Shown here: positions 1 through 14,581 of the stretch, piece by piece
How positions within the stretch are numbered: position 1 is the stretch's first letter
Layout of the letters: each line of letters begins with the position of its first letter
Source of the DNA: Octopus vulgaris
Taxonomy: Eukaryota
Assembly: GCA_951406725.2 (NCBI GenBank)
Contig: OX597833.1
Coordinates: forward strand, 55,924,001 to 55,988,000
Reading direction: 5' to 3'
Length of the DNA stretch: 64,000 nt
Notes under the pieces: model-generated
The model's input: the letters and a program-made list of their open reading frames with translations, nothing else
What the model was told of the DNA's origin: nothing
Databases searched by the model: none
Program-made: the position numbers and the translations under genes

Positions 1-476
1 GAAACCGTCGTAGATAGAGCTTTTCGGAGTAACCCCGCAGCCCACGCTCTGAAAGCAGGAGTGAAGAATAGCTCTTTCGAGAGGTTACACTTTCCGCTTA
101 TGATGTTGTGAGCGAGAATGAGATCAAGCTGAACAAGTAACTAGCCCCGGTCAAGCTATAGGGAACAAAAAAGGAATAGTTCGTTTTCAGAAAGAAGAAA
201 ACAGCTGACTAGAAACAAGCTAAACGAAAATTCAAGGAAACCCTAAAAAAAATATCTTCTGGATTTCTTTCTGATCTTTTTCTGAGATCGTGAGGGATTT
301 TTTTCTTCTTACTAACAATGGAGCATAGTTTTTAAGCGGCGTATAGATTTTAAAAACAACCCTTGTAGATATTACTAACACTACGGGCGGTTTTGAATTC
401 AAAAGCGCAAGAGATGAATCTGATTGTAGCGAATGTATTTAATTCGTGTGTGGCTTAGATCTAGTCTCAACTGTCT

Positions 477-507
477 TTGTGTGTGTGCGTGTGTGTGTGT
501 GCGTGTG

Positions 508-549
<42 letters not shown>

Positions 550-727
550 CATACAAACACACATATACACAGACAGACTGACAGATAGACAGACAGATAG
601 ACAGACAGACAGACAGACAGATTGACAGACAGACAGACAGACAGACAGGCAGATAGATAGATAGATAGATAGATGATGGATGGATGGATGGATGGATGGA
701 TGGATGGATGGATGATGAGATAGATAG

Positions 728-797
<70 letters not shown>

Positions 798-818
798 CAG
801 ATAGATAGATAGACAGGC

Positions 819-902
<84 letters not shown>
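477..902. repeat. Compound microsatellite (GT)n-(GACA)n-(GGAT)n-(GATA)n
   Basis: Direct reading of tandem units. Confidence 0.97.
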
Positions 903-904
<2 letters not shown>

Positions 905-1135
905 CCTTTTCACTAGATACACAACGAATTTTACTGTGAAGAAAAACATTGAAGTATTTCGATTAAACTTACTAGCAATTTGCTTCACTGACAAATGTCC
1001 GTCAGGGTTAATCTAAAAGTAAAGAGGCGAGTGTTGCAATGCATCTGCTGTTTAAGGGAAATGACATTGGCACTATGATACTGAGCATCATCAGAACCGA
1101 CAAAAAAGCTTCAGAAAGAAAATAAGAGAAGAAAA

Positions 1136-1181
<46 letters not shown>

Positions 1182-1760
1182 CTTTTACCTTTTACACACA
1201 CACACACACACACACACATTATTAGTTAAATATATATATTTAACTAATAAAAGTTAAGCAGAAAACAAGTTTTGATATTCAATGCTCTATAGGCCATACA
1301 CGCGTTTCGCCAACTTGCCGTCATAATTACATATCAGTTGTAGACACAATATGCAATCATGCACACAGCTCATCAGTGTCCCGCAGCCTATTTCGATGTT
1401 GATTCCCGCGTCGCACTACACTAGATACTAGAGTGAAGTGTGGAACCCACTATTGAGCCCAATCTTTACACACACACACACAGGTACGATTAGATGCACA
1501 AGACACTTTACCGATTGTCTTTTGCTCCACGATTTCCCTATAAGTTTCACCTACTGGTTACAGTGTTTGTTTGACATTACGTGTTACCAAACGTTGAACC
1601 GAATACTAAAAGATATGTAACATTTGGAATAAAGGATTACCAAGTTATATATATATATATAAGAGGAAGAAAAGTTATGAGAAAAGGAAGAAAGTGGAGA
1701 AATTGATTTACAGACATCAGTTTAATGAAAGATATTCAAATCTATATAATGAATTTCCTG

Positions 1761-1868
1761 TCCTACGGCCGTTTCCATATCCAATTAGTTTAATTACAGA
1801 AATTAAATTGATTTAATCCAATTAAAATTCTCGTATTGAACTGGTTAATTGGGTATTTCATCAGGGAA
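1761..1868 (-). ncRNA. Type I hammerhead ribozyme-like motif (Penelope-type)
   Basis: Minus strand: UUCC-CUGAUGA-[stem II, 10 of 11 bp paired, long loop]-GAAAC-GGCC-GUA-GGA, with palindromic stem III ACGGCCGU. Confidence 0.6.
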
Positions 1869-2296
1869 GAATTTTCCAAAAGGTAGTTACATTTCATCGT
1901 GTTGCTTGACCTACGACAGACTCAGATGTGTGCGTTTTAGTTTTCACTGAACACAAGTATAAACTAGAGGACTAGGATGCTAGCATCCCTTAAGGGATTG
2001 TAGGTCCTTGATACAATTATCTATGCGTATGTATGTATATCTATATATATATATATATTATTTGAGGGAATAAAATCCAAACTTACAAGGAAAAAAAATT
2101 CAATTTAGAAATACTAAATCAAATTTCACACAATATAATATATATATATATATAAATAGAAAAAGCCACCTTTTATCAATTCAAAATAAACAATTAAATT
2201 ACACCATCTAGAAAATTATATATAATAGAAATATTAAGATTAAAATAACAATAAAATGTCAATGATTAAGTAAATTGCAAAAAAATAATAAAAACG

Positions 2297-2368
<72 letters not shown>

Positions 2369-2963
2369 TTTTAATGTTTTATTGTGTTATGTTACTTGTA
2401 AATATATCTTGTGCATTAAATGGACAAGTATATACATGTAATCCATTTATAAACCATATCTGCTCATCACTTGCTGCTTAAATAATTAATGAGCTGTAGG
2501 AAACAGGTCCTACATTTCACACCTGGCTTAGTCCTACGTTGAGCTTCGCACAGGCGGCCTTTGTGGTTGTATTACTGATTAGAACAGAGCACAGCTGCAA
2601 GCAAACCAGCTAATTAACAAAAAATAAACGCCTCACCTGGGAAATATTTCTATGTGAAGCAATATAAATTATAGATAAAAGATGATGATGATGATGATGG
2701 GGAGGAGGTTGACGAGGAAGAGGATCATTGCTGCTGCTGCTGCTCGCGATAATGGTGGTGATTTCGCATTATGCTTGTGTATGGGAGATGAGAACTCCCC
2801 TGAGCATGAATGCTGCTGTTCTTGTAATCTGGCAGTTCACTTGCTCGAAACCACTTGTATTTAGGTTTATTCCTGCTGAGCGTTACATGGGACAAAGAAT
2901 TTAAGGGAAGGAAACTGTTCAGAATCTTGTGTGTGTGTGAGATATTTTCGACTTTAATAAGTA

Positions 2964-3008
<45 letters not shown>

Positions 3009-3009
3009 G

Positions 3010-3940
<931 letters not shown>

Positions 3941-4254
3941 TAATCCATGGATGCAATTCATGCATATTTTAATGCATCGCTACGCACGTTTCCACAAATC
4001 TTACGATCATAGACCGTATTCCTGGGATGATTACGGTACAGTCCGTAGCATCCATGGACAATGTGTGGATCATATTCGTGCGTGTATTTCCTCAGGTGAT
4101 ATGGCATTAACGTTGGAAGTAGCGCATGTATAAACTGAGAGCCGTTTATCAATTTTGACCAATAAAAAGGTTGATTGGAGTATGTGGGCAGTTTTGCGTG
4201 TATTTGGTGGAGAGGAGTACCATGATGGAGTACAGCGATGGAAAGAGAGAAAGG

Positions 4255-4302
<48 letters not shown>

Positions 4303-4549
4303 GTTTCAAATTTTGCCACGATTTTTATGCATTTGTTTCGTGCTCACTTACATGACAAACCCCCCCCCCCCCACTTCTTTTTGTTTTAAACCCTTTCCAA
4401 GCAGTTTTAGGAATTTTCGATTTTTAGTACTTCTCTCACTCGAAAACTATTTCGGATTTTGGAATTCGGTATATAAATTAATATAAGCAGCTAGGCGCAG
4501 TGTGATTCTATAAAGGAAAAATTAAATTGTCACTAAGAGGTGATATATA

Positions 4550-4947
4550 TCTTTATATATAAAAGAGAAGTTGTGTGTCTGTCTCTTACGATTTAGATTC
4601 CTAACTACTCCCACATTTTGCGGTTCAGTTTAACCAAAACCGGGTATCTTATAGTCGTGATTCATATCGAGCCCTTCTGGGTATTAGCGCGCGTCTACGA
4701 AGAGTCTACGATTGAAAAAAAATTTACCATCATTTTTTTCCATCTTAATGCATTTTTTCGCAATTATATAAGGGAAGTAACTCTCTAAAAATGTCTACGA
4801 TGAGTCAACGATTTTTAAAAAAAATTACCATAATTTTTTTTCCATTTTTAGTGCATTTTTTTGCTATTTTTTTGGCTATAACTCTCTAAAAATGCTTATA
4901 TAGTTATTTCCCTTACAAACCCGAGCAACGCCGGGCGATACTGCTAA
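4550..4947 (+). mobile_element. Non-autonomous Helitron-like element
   Basis: 5' TCTTTATATATAAAAG, subterminal hairpin cccgagc-aac-gccggg, 3' end CTAA (CTRR type), located between an A and a T, no TIR or TSD. Confidence 0.6.
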
Positions 4948-5008
4948 TATATATATATATTTCTTTACTACCCACAAGGGGCTAAAATATGTATATATAT
5001 ATATATAT

Positions 5009-5288
5009 ATCACCGTGACCGACCAAGTCATCTGGTCATAATGCGCTTCGCATTGTTTTAGCATTCAAAAGACGCCACCCCGCTGGCTAAGCGAGCAGGC
5101 CAACAGAAGAAAGAGTGAGAGAAAGTTGTGGCGAAAGAGTACAGCAGGGATCACCACGCCCTGACGGAGGCTCGTGGAGCTTCAGGTGTTTTCGCTCAAT
5201 AAACACTCACAACGCCTGGTCTGGGAATCGAAACCGCGATCCTACGACCGCGAGTCCGCTGCCCTAACCACTGGGCCATTGCACCTCC

Positions 5289-5290
<2 letters not shown>
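5009..5290 (-). mobile_element. tRNA-derived SINE, family C (second copy at 36143-36526)
   Basis: Minus-strand head GTGGAGG..AATGGCCCAGTGGTTAGGGCAGCGGACTCGCGGTCGTAGGATCGCGGTTTCGATTCC has A/B-box-like motifs. The 36143-36526 copy is flanked by a 10-bp TSD, aactagaatg. Confidence 0.8.
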
Positions 5291-5382
<92 letters not shown>

Positions 5383-5746
5383 CATGCGCACGCGCACTCA
5401 CACACACACACATGCACACACAAGATAGATAGATAGTGTGTTTGGCTAAAAGCACATGAAAACTGTCCCAGTGTGACCACCACTGTCTAATAACCGAAGT
5501 TGCTGCTACTGCTACTACTTAAGGTGTTTTTAGCCCTAGGTCATTTCTAATCATACTCACCTATGATCATAGCAATGACAACCTTGCTTTATTTGTTTCT
5601 CTTCTTCCATTCGCAATGTAATCAAGGTATATAACATCTTCAACATCTTTTAAGCGAGGGTGGGTGGGATATAATCATAGAAAGATTTAGCTGCTATTTC
5701 TAGCTAGTCGAACGACCAGGTAGTGGCATCCACCCTGGTTTGTAAG

Positions 5747-5978
5747 GCGGCGAGCTGGCAGAAGCGTTAGCGCGCCGGGCGAAATGCTTAACGGTATTTC
5801 GTCTGCCGCTACGTTCGGAGTTCAAATTCCGCCGAGGTCGACTTTGCCTTTCATCCTTTCGGGGTCGATAAATTAAGTACCAGTTACGCACTGGGGTCAA
5901 TATAATCGACTTAATCCGTTTGTCTGTCCTTGTTTGTCCCCTCTGTGTTTAGCCCCTTGTGGGTAGTAAAGAAATAGG
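5747..5978 (+). mobile_element. SINE family B (other copies 7485-7710 on -, 54453-54691 on +, degraded copies near 22060-22810 and 29420-29600)
   Basis: Repeated ggcggcgagctggcagaa...gttcaaattccgccgaggtcgactttgcctttcatcctttcggggtcgataaattaagtacc. The central block resembles the Meta-type SINE domain from memory, not searched. Confidence 0.8.
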
Positions 5979-6771
5979 TATGTATTTCCCGGATGTACTG
6001 ACGTCATTGCCGTTAATGCTGTTGTTGCTGTTGTTGTTGTTGTTACTGTAGATATTGTTGATATTCCTGATTTTCTTGTCCTCCTTCTTACCCTCTGTAT
6101 ATTAGACCACTTTGAACAATACACCTTTTATTCGTTTCATTTAAAGTCGATAAAGTGTTATCTGAGGGAGAGGGCTTGGCGCTATTTCAAGCGATCGCGT
6201 ACAGGCCTGTAGAACGACCGTAGCGAAAGTTGTTGGCATCGATAAGCTGAAGGCGACGGTGGTGGAGGTCCTAAATACTGTTGGTGTTGGTGTTGTCGCT
6301 GTCTGTCGCCGGAACTGGCTGTCTGTCGCTGCGTGCTCTGTGGTCAAAGGTTAGTCCTTAGAAGGACTAGAACCGAAGACGCTCGATTCCATGAATTGAT
6401 GTGTTTTATAGCAAATTATAGGCTCCAGCAGAGAATTTAGAAGACTGTATCAGAAGGTTGCGATAGGTTGGATTGCACAGTGGCGCGTAATACAGCAAGA
6501 AACAAATCGCACCGATACCATCCAATCAGAGTAGTGGACACAACAGGGCCCAATCGGCCGAAGGTTAGCTGTTATCTGCTACGTCCGTATTTATGTTATA
6601 TATGTCAGAGAGAGGGGATGAATTTCACTAAGGGTATGCTACAGGCCTCTCTCAACTAAAAATTTGTTTTTGGTCTGTATCGATTGTCTATGTGTACGCA
6701 ATTCATTACAAACAAACGTAACCGAAGTCAGAAAAAATATCTAACAATCACTTTATTTCTTATGATTTCAG

Positions 6772-6902
6772 GTGCTCTCAAAATACGATACCAGTGCCGA
6801 ACAAGAGGTTCGGGATTGGGTTAAACAGCTGGTGGATGAGGATATTGGAGGCGGCCCATATGAAGTCGAAAAACAGCTTAAAAGTGGCGTTACCCTCGTC
6901 AA
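6772..6902 (+). CDS. Calponin/transgelin-family gene, shared CH-domain exon A (internal exon, not in the ORF track)
   Basis: Acceptor tttcag|, donor aa|gtaagt. Manual translation VLSKYDTSAEQEVRDWVKQLVDEDIGGGPYEVEKQLKSGVTLV(K) matches the KYD..E...W and LK.G..L.K motifs at the start of calponin-type CH domains. 131 nt, ends in phase 2. Confidence 0.92.
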
Positions 6903-7821
6903 GTAAGTAATATTAATTTTCAGTCATCAACATACACTACACGTGCACTCATGAGTGGTCTGACCGCGCCATGCTGGGGCATCCCTTTCAATGGTTTGTC
7001 GAACAAATTTACTCTCTTTCACTCTTTTATTCTTTTACTTGTTTCACTCACAAGGCTTTGGTCGGCCCGAGGCTATAGTAAAAGACACTTGCCTAAGGTG
7101 CCACGCAGTGGGACTGAACTCGGAACCATGTGGTCGGTAAGCAAGCTACTTACCACACAGCCACTCCTGCACCTATGGTACTTATTTATTTATTTTTTCT
7201 GTAAGTCTCGGTACTCATTCTATTGGTTTCTTAGGCCGAACCGGTGAGTTACGGGGACATGAACATACCAACACCGGTTGTAAAGAGGTAATAAGGTGAA
7301 CAAACAAGATCACAAAGATACTTGCGCGGGCGCATGCATATATATGTGGGTGTGTTACAATCTTCTACACAGTCATCGTCTACCAAATTCACAAGGCCCT
7401 TGTGAAGGCACTTGCCCAAGGTGCTGCACAGTGGAACTGAACCTGAAATCATAGTTGCGTGGTTAAGAACCACACAACCATATATTTCTTTACTGCCCAC
7501 AAGGGGCTAAACATAGAGGGGACAAACAAGGACAGACATAGGTATTAAGTCAATTACATCGACCCCAGTGCGTAACTGGTACTTAATTTATCAACCCCGA
7601 AAGGATGAAAGGCAAAGTCGACCTCGGTGGAATTTGAACTGAGAACGTAACAGCAGACGAAATACCGCTAAGCATTTCGCCCGGCGTGCTAACGGTTCTG
7701 CCAGCTCGCTGCCTGAACCACACAACCATACCTGTACCAATAAGCGGTGCCGGTGCATAAACGCACACACGCGCGCGCGAACGGACACACGCACGCACGC
7801 ACACACACACACATACACACG

Positions 7822-7869
<48 letters not shown>

Positions 7870-8111
7870 ACACTCACTTGAATTCTCCGTGTGTAAAACA
7901 AGGGCCTCCTAACGAAACGTTAAAACGTGATATAATCAAGATGACCTTAGAAGAGAAGCCATCGGTAGACAACTCGCTTGGATATTTACTACTTCCGAGG
8001 ATCCGCTCGCTATGAAACGTATGCAGCCAGGACTTCTTTCTACTACATTCCTTTACTCTTGAATGTGTGTGCGTGCGTGCGTGTGTGCATGTGTGTGTGC
8101 GTGTGTGTGTG

Positions 8112-8198
<87 letters not shown>

Positions 8199-8345
8199 TC
8201 ATTCTTATACTACCAAGTAGAATATGCTCGCTGATAAGGTCCAATAATACTGAAATATGTTTGTTGCTTCCACCAGATGGCTTTAATAACAAGATCCACT
8301 CCAGCTCTGGGTGGATTTCTGTCAGTTTATATAGTACATACTACA

Positions 8346-8394
<49 letters not shown>

Positions 8395-8410
8395 GGAGCT
8401 TCTACAGGAC

Positions 8411-8478
8411 TGGAACTGTTTCATTCAAGAGAAATCTTCAAGATTTCCTGAAGATTTCTCTTGAATGAAACAGTTCCA
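8411..8478. repeat. 30-bp perfect inverted repeat with an 8-nt spacer
   Basis: tggaactgtttcattcaagagaaatcttca-agatttcc-tgaagatttctcttgaatgaaacagttcca. Confidence 0.92.
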
Positions 8479-8569
8479 AGTAAACTCCTTCTATATAATA
8501 AATTAATTTTACTCTGCTATGTATTGAGTACCTTATTTACTGTGGTTAACCCCGAATCAACCCGGGACC

Positions 8570-8622
<53 letters not shown>

Positions 8623-8718
8623 CTTGTCCTATTTCTATTCCTGAGCGCCATACTAATATATTTGTTTGTTTGTACTCCACCTGCCTTCGTCTTTTGTTTA
8701 TTTTCGTAAACTTTCCCG

Positions 8719-8780
<62 letters not shown>

Positions 8781-8969
8781 TTAGAAATAAAACCACTATT
8801 ATTCAACTCAAACAGTGATAGACATAAACTATAACATAAATAAGAAATATATATTTTTATAAAACATATAACTAGATCTCAAAAAGTATAAAAATGAATG
8901 ATCAATATATATTGATCATTCATTTAATTATGACCCTAGTATCGATCTATTGCATTTCAATCTATTTTC

Positions 8970-9027
8970 GGGTTAGGGTTAGAGTTAGGGTTAGTTAGGG
9001 TTACTTAGGGTTAGTTAGGGTTAGGGG
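8970..9027 (+). repeat. Degenerate interstitial (TTAGGG)n tract
   Basis: gggttagggttagagttagggttagttagggttacttagggttagttagggttagggg. Confidence 0.8.
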
Positions 9028-9600
9028 TGGGAGGAAGGGTATCTTTTTTTCTTCACAAATGTAAATAAACCCAATCTGTTTCTTAAACGAGGGACATTTT
9101 CATATGGCACAGAATGTTTTCACCTCAATAGACGTCATTGATTGTTTGAAACTGCAGAAATTGAAGAAAAAAAAACAACAAATATCTTACAAACTATAGA
9201 ATTTTCTCAATAAAGCCAAGAGACAAAGATGTTTTATAAACACATTCTACCAGTATACGAAGTTTAAAAGTGTTTAGTCACGTGGAAATTATTTTTAAAA
9301 AACTGCCGTTCAAACCGAAAAGATCCGTACTCTGTTTCGGAAGGATTTTCGTCCTAAATTTGCCTCGTTACGGTTGAGCTGAATTTTCGCTATAACATCG
9401 TCGCGCGTTTGGACTTAACTCACTTAGCTAACGTTAGCAGAAGGGAAGTAACTCTAACATGACTATCGATAAAGTTATATAGAATTCCCTTTCTTGACAT
9501 ATTTTTTTTTCATTAACTCTCAGGGACTTTTCTTTTCTTTACGAGTGTAATGTTAATTGCGTGACCTTTTTGTCTATTTTATTTTATATTCCTTTGCTTA

Positions 9601-10015
9601 GGAGTGGCTGTGTGGTAAGTAGCTTGTTTACCAACCACATGGTTGCGGGTTCAGTCCCACTGCGTGGCATCTTGGGCAAGTGTCTTCTGCTATAGCCCCG
9701 GGCCGACCAATGCCTTGTGAGTGGATTTGGTAGACGGAAACTGAAAGAAGCCTGTCGTATATATGTATATATATATATATAGGTGTGTGTGTATATGTTT
9801 GTGTGTCTGTGTTTGTCCCCCTAGCATTGCTTGACAACCGATGCTGGTGTGTCTACGTCCCCGCCACTTAGCGGTTCGGCAAAAGAGACCGATAGAATAA
9901 GTACTGGGCTTACAAAGGATAAGTTCCGGGGTCGATTTGATCGACTAAAGGCGGTGCTCCAGCATGGCCGCAGTCAAATGACTGAAACAAGTAAAAGAGT
10001 AAAAGAGTAAAGAGT
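9601..10015 (+). mobile_element. tRNA-derived SINE family A with internal (TA)/(TG) tract (other copies 12128-12538 -, 30862-31263 +, 35356-35778 +, 39430-39900 -, 40385-40710 - partial, 51905-52315 +, 58136-58285 -, 58573-59060 +)
   Basis: A box TGGCTGTGTGG, B box GGTTCAGTCCC, CORE-like ccttgggcaagtgtctt, tail (gtaaaaga)n. Many near-identical copies within the window. Confidence 0.88.
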
Positions 10016-10049
10016 AATAAAATTCTAAATAATTTCTACTCATTTTCAG

Positions 10050-10152
10050 ACTGGCAGAAAAAGTTATTGGCGGTACCCCAGATGATCATCTTCCATCAGA
10101 TGCAAAGACTTGTACCCTCAAGACAAATGCATCCGCTACACCTTTCAAACAG
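10050..10152 (+). CDS. Calponin/transgelin-family gene, shared CH-domain exon B (not in the ORF track)
   Basis: Acceptor ttttcag|, donor cag|gttagt. Phase fits exon A (aa+a = K). Reads LAEKVIGGTPDDHLPSDAKTCTLKTNASATPFKQ and joins exon C to give the conserved PFKQMENI motif. 103 nt. Confidence 0.9.
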
Positions 10153-11249
10153 GTTAGTATAGACATTTATTTGTCTGGTTGGTTGTTTGGATTTTCGTAT
10201 GCACATACATAGAGTGACATTTGTATAAATATGTGTGTGTAAGTGTGTGTGTGTGTGTATGTGTGTATACATATACATTTAGATATATTTATATGTATGT
10301 ATGGTATGGGTATGTGAAAATAACCTCGCTTAAGATAAGTATTTATTTATATTTAAGATCTTTAAATTGTAAATTATAATATTTTATAAGTCTTTGGTGT
10401 AATAATATTTTCCTTATGTAAATATCGTTGTTTATGTAATGATCTAATTATCGTAATTTTCTATATTATTAGATATTAAATTTAAGTTTATTCGTAAGAT
10501 ATTACTTAGCGATAGATTTGTTGTTCGATAGCAAGTATACGAGGTGTCTAAAGTTAGGCTTTTGTATATACATGTATTAATAGTATTAATTGTAGTTTTA
10601 AATTTCTTATAATTAAAATTGGATAAACTTTGATATACTTAGATATGTTTCGACTAAAGATTGGTCCAGGCCTTGTCTAACTTAATAGCATAACTTAGTT
10701 ATTGTCTCTTTAAATTGATATTCGCTAGTTATTCCCATTGATAATTATATTTATAGTATTTATAGTATTTATTCGATACTATATAACTACGAATTGATTA
10801 TTTCTATAAGTATTTTAAATAAGATTTCCGAAAGTTCGTTTAAGTTTGTTTGTTTGTATTTTTGAAATTAGCTATTTCATCTTTAAATATGAAAAATTAA
10901 TTTATTAAGTTTTTATTATATGTGCATATATATTTATTTATAGAGATTATTTTAGATCTTAATTATAATATTTATATACATTTATATATTTTCATTGATA
11001 ATTTATATATAATAGTCATTTTTTTTTTGGAATATTTATGTAATTAGATATAGACTATTACCGATATTAGATTATTGGTGGGTTTCCTACCTTATAAATT
11101 AAAATTAATATTTAACATTATAATCGATTTTGATATAATCATAATTGTTAAGTTTTAAGTTTCTAGTTTATTATAAGTAAAATTATTATATTTTTATATC
11201 TTAAGAATATTGTTTAAATATTTCTGATTATTTTTTAAATATTTCAATT

Positions 11250-11343
11250 AACCTGAAGATTGACTGTAACCATAACTCGAATTATTAATTGAATTTAAAT
11301 TATTGTTATTCGAATTGGTACAGCCATGAAACGATCGTAGTGT
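11250..11343 (+). ncRNA. Type I hammerhead ribozyme-like motif (Penelope-type)
   Basis: CUGAAGA-uugacuguaacca...ugguacagccau-GAAAC-GAUC-GUA, with palindromic stem III ACGAUCGU; stem I is weak. Confidence 0.55.
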
Positions 11344-11615
11344 TTTACTCTTTATCTTTTATTAAACTTTTAATACTTTTGATATAAAAAAATTAATTAA
11401 TTAATTAATTAATTAATTAATTAATAAAATAATATATAAATTTAAAAATATACATACATACATATATATATATTTGTATATATATATAAAATTTATAAAT
11501 TAAATTATTTAAATAATTTTTTATTTTTAACTTTTATATTTTTAAATTAATTTTATGTATTGGCTAATGTTTTTCACTGTTTGATTTGCCTAACAGTGGT
11601 TTTATCTCTAATTTA

Positions 11616-11664
<49 letters not shown>

Positions 11665-11680
11665 CTGTTTGTGTGTGTAT

Positions 11681-11751
<71 letters not shown>

Positions 11752-11925
11752 CAGATTGCTGGATAGATGTAGTAGAAGTAGTATGAGATTAAAGTAGTCA
11801 TCTATGTATCATACTACATGTAAATACTTTGTTGAAAGGCAATATAAATTCTATGAACATTATTTATAAGACTTGTTTGTACACTTTTTACTCAACCTTT
11901 ATCACTTTTCTTTTTCAACATTCAG

Positions 11926-12063
11926 ATGGAAAACATTGAGACCTTCTTGAGAGCTTGCAAAGCTTATGGGGTGCCTGACAACAGCTGTTTCCAAACCGTT
12001 GATCTGTTTGAAGGTCGTAACATGGCAATGGTGATTGCAACACTTTTGCAGTTAGGTACCGAG
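11926..12063 (+). CDS. Calponin/transgelin-family gene, shared CH-domain exon C
   Basis: Long pyrimidine tract + ttcag|, donor gag|gtaagt (phase 0). MENIETFLRACKAYGVPDNSCFQTVDLFEGRNMAMVIATLLQLGTE carries the MENI..FL....YGV....FQTVDLFE signature. Confidence 0.95.
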
Positions 12064-12332
12064 GTAAGTAGTTTCCATTTCAATCCAAAAGTGTACTTGA
12101 ATGTTCCAATGTATAGAGATTATTCGTTTATTCTTTTATTTGTTTCAGTCATTTGACTGCGGCCATGCTGGAGCACCGCTTTTAGTCGAGCAAATCGACC
12201 CCGAGACTTATTCTTTGTAAGCCCAGTACTTATTCTATCGGTCTCTTTTGCCGAACTGCTAAGTGACGGGGGATGTAAACACACCAGCATCGGTTGTCAA
12301 GCAATGCTAGGGGGACAAACACAGACACACAA

Positions 12333-12367
<35 letters not shown>

Positions 12368-12705
12368 CATATATACGACAGGCTTCTTTCAGTTTCCATC
12401 TACCAAATCCACTCACAAGGCATTGGTCAGCCCGGGGCTATAGCAGAAGACACTTGCCCAAGATGCCACGCAGTGGGACTGAACCCGGAACCATGTGGTT
12501 GGTAAGCAAGCTACTTACCACACAGCCACTCCTGCGCCTATAGAGATTAATGTGTTGAAGTTCCCAGTGGTATGAGAGTATGTGCTGTCACAGTGCATCA
12601 CCACATCCATTATTTGTGGGTGATTCCCTACCACTCCTGGCAGACAGCCCCCCACCACCGGACAAAACCCCTGTGACTTTATTACCTTGACTTTTTTACC
12701 TGGAT

Positions 12706-13156
<451 letters not shown>

Positions 13157-13625
13157 ATGGGTGATTCCTCTGTTCAGCTGCACTAATAGAGGAAGTGTGT
13201 TCAATTTATCCAAGTTGACAGATGATAGGGATTAACGATTATACTTAATATCTATAGGATATTAGATATGTAAGGCTACAACCCTCCAGTTCTTGGGTCT
13301 GTTTTTGATAGTCATTGCTAGCAAAGGTTTTACAAAGTCAGAATGCAAATCCTACCTCAACCTCTTTTAATCGCCTTTTACAACACACAGATGAAATATT
13401 GGATTTGTTCTTTGTCTAGCTGGTCCTCACACAGCACAGTGTGTTGATAGACAGCAAATAAAAACAGAGCAAAAATGATAAAACCACAGACAAATACATA
13501 CATAAAACTACATGAGATTAGTTGCATAACCCATGGTGCCTCTGGAGCACCACTTGATAATTTTGTTTTATCGAAATGTACTTCAATGCTTAGTGAAGGT
13601 GCATGGCTTAGTGGTTAGGATGCTA

Positions 13626-14253
13626 GGCGGCGAGCTGGCAGAATCGTTAGCACGCCAGGCGAAATGCTTAGCGGTATTTCATCTGCCGTTACGTTCTGAG
13701 TTCAAATTCTGCCGAGGTCGACTTTGCCTTTCATCCTTTCGGGGTCGATAAATTGAGTACCAGTTACGCACTGGGATCGATGTAATCGATTTAATACCTA
13801 TGTCTGTCCTTGTTTGTCCCCTCTATGTTTAGCCCCTTGTGGGTAATAAAGAAATAGGTATTTCGTTTGCCGTTACATTGTGAGCTCAAATTCCGCCGAG
13901 GTCGACTTTGCCTTTCATCGTTTCAGGGTCGATAAATTGAGTACCAGTTACGCACTGGGATCGATGTAATCAATTTAATACCTATGTCTGTCCTTGTTTG
14001 TCCCCTCTATGTTTAGCCCCTTGTGGGTAATAAAGAAATAGGTATTTCGTTTGCCGTTACATTGTGAGCTCAAATTCCGCCGAGGTCGACTTTGCCTTTC
14101 ATCGTTTCAGGGTCGATAAATTAAGTACCAGTTACGCACTGGGGTTGGTGTAATTGACTTAATACCTATGCCTGTCTTTGTTTGTCCCCTCTATGTTTAG
14201 CCCGTTGTGGGTAGTAAAGAAATAGGTATTTCATCTGCCGTTACGTTCTGAGT
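13626..14253 (+). mobile_element. Tandemly amplified SINE family B (about three ~180-bp body units); similar array on the minus strand at 36700-37235
   Basis: The block ggtatttc..tgccgttac...aaagaaata repeats head to tail behind a single 5' head. Confidence 0.85.
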
Positions 14254-14532
14254 TATATATTTCTTCCCATATGTTTTACTAACAATTTATTATCATTTAT
14301 TATAAAGCTAATCCATTTGTATTATGTTACTGCTTGCTTTTGGCTGCCATAATCTTTTATATAAACAAAACTGATCAATAGGCCTGCTTGAAAAAAGAAA
14401 CAAAAAAAGGAAAAACCAAAATATATATATATATAAGAGAGAAAGAAAGAAAGAAAATATTTCCAAACTGGATTTGGCTTCTTTCAGTAATTTACTATCC
14501 AAACCCCTGCTTAAAGAATATTCTCTTTCATG

Positions 14533-14581
<49 letters not shown>

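Noticed and set aside
6141-6660. GC-richer stretch with short ORFs just before exon A
   Set aside because: No recognisable domain or compatible splice sites; probably an unclassified repeat fragment.
10310-11250. Very AT-rich, C-poor stretch resembling a mitochondrial insertion
   Set aside because: No mitochondrial gene or tRNA is recognisable. It ends in a hammerhead-like motif, so a decayed retroelement is more likely, but I could not confirm this.
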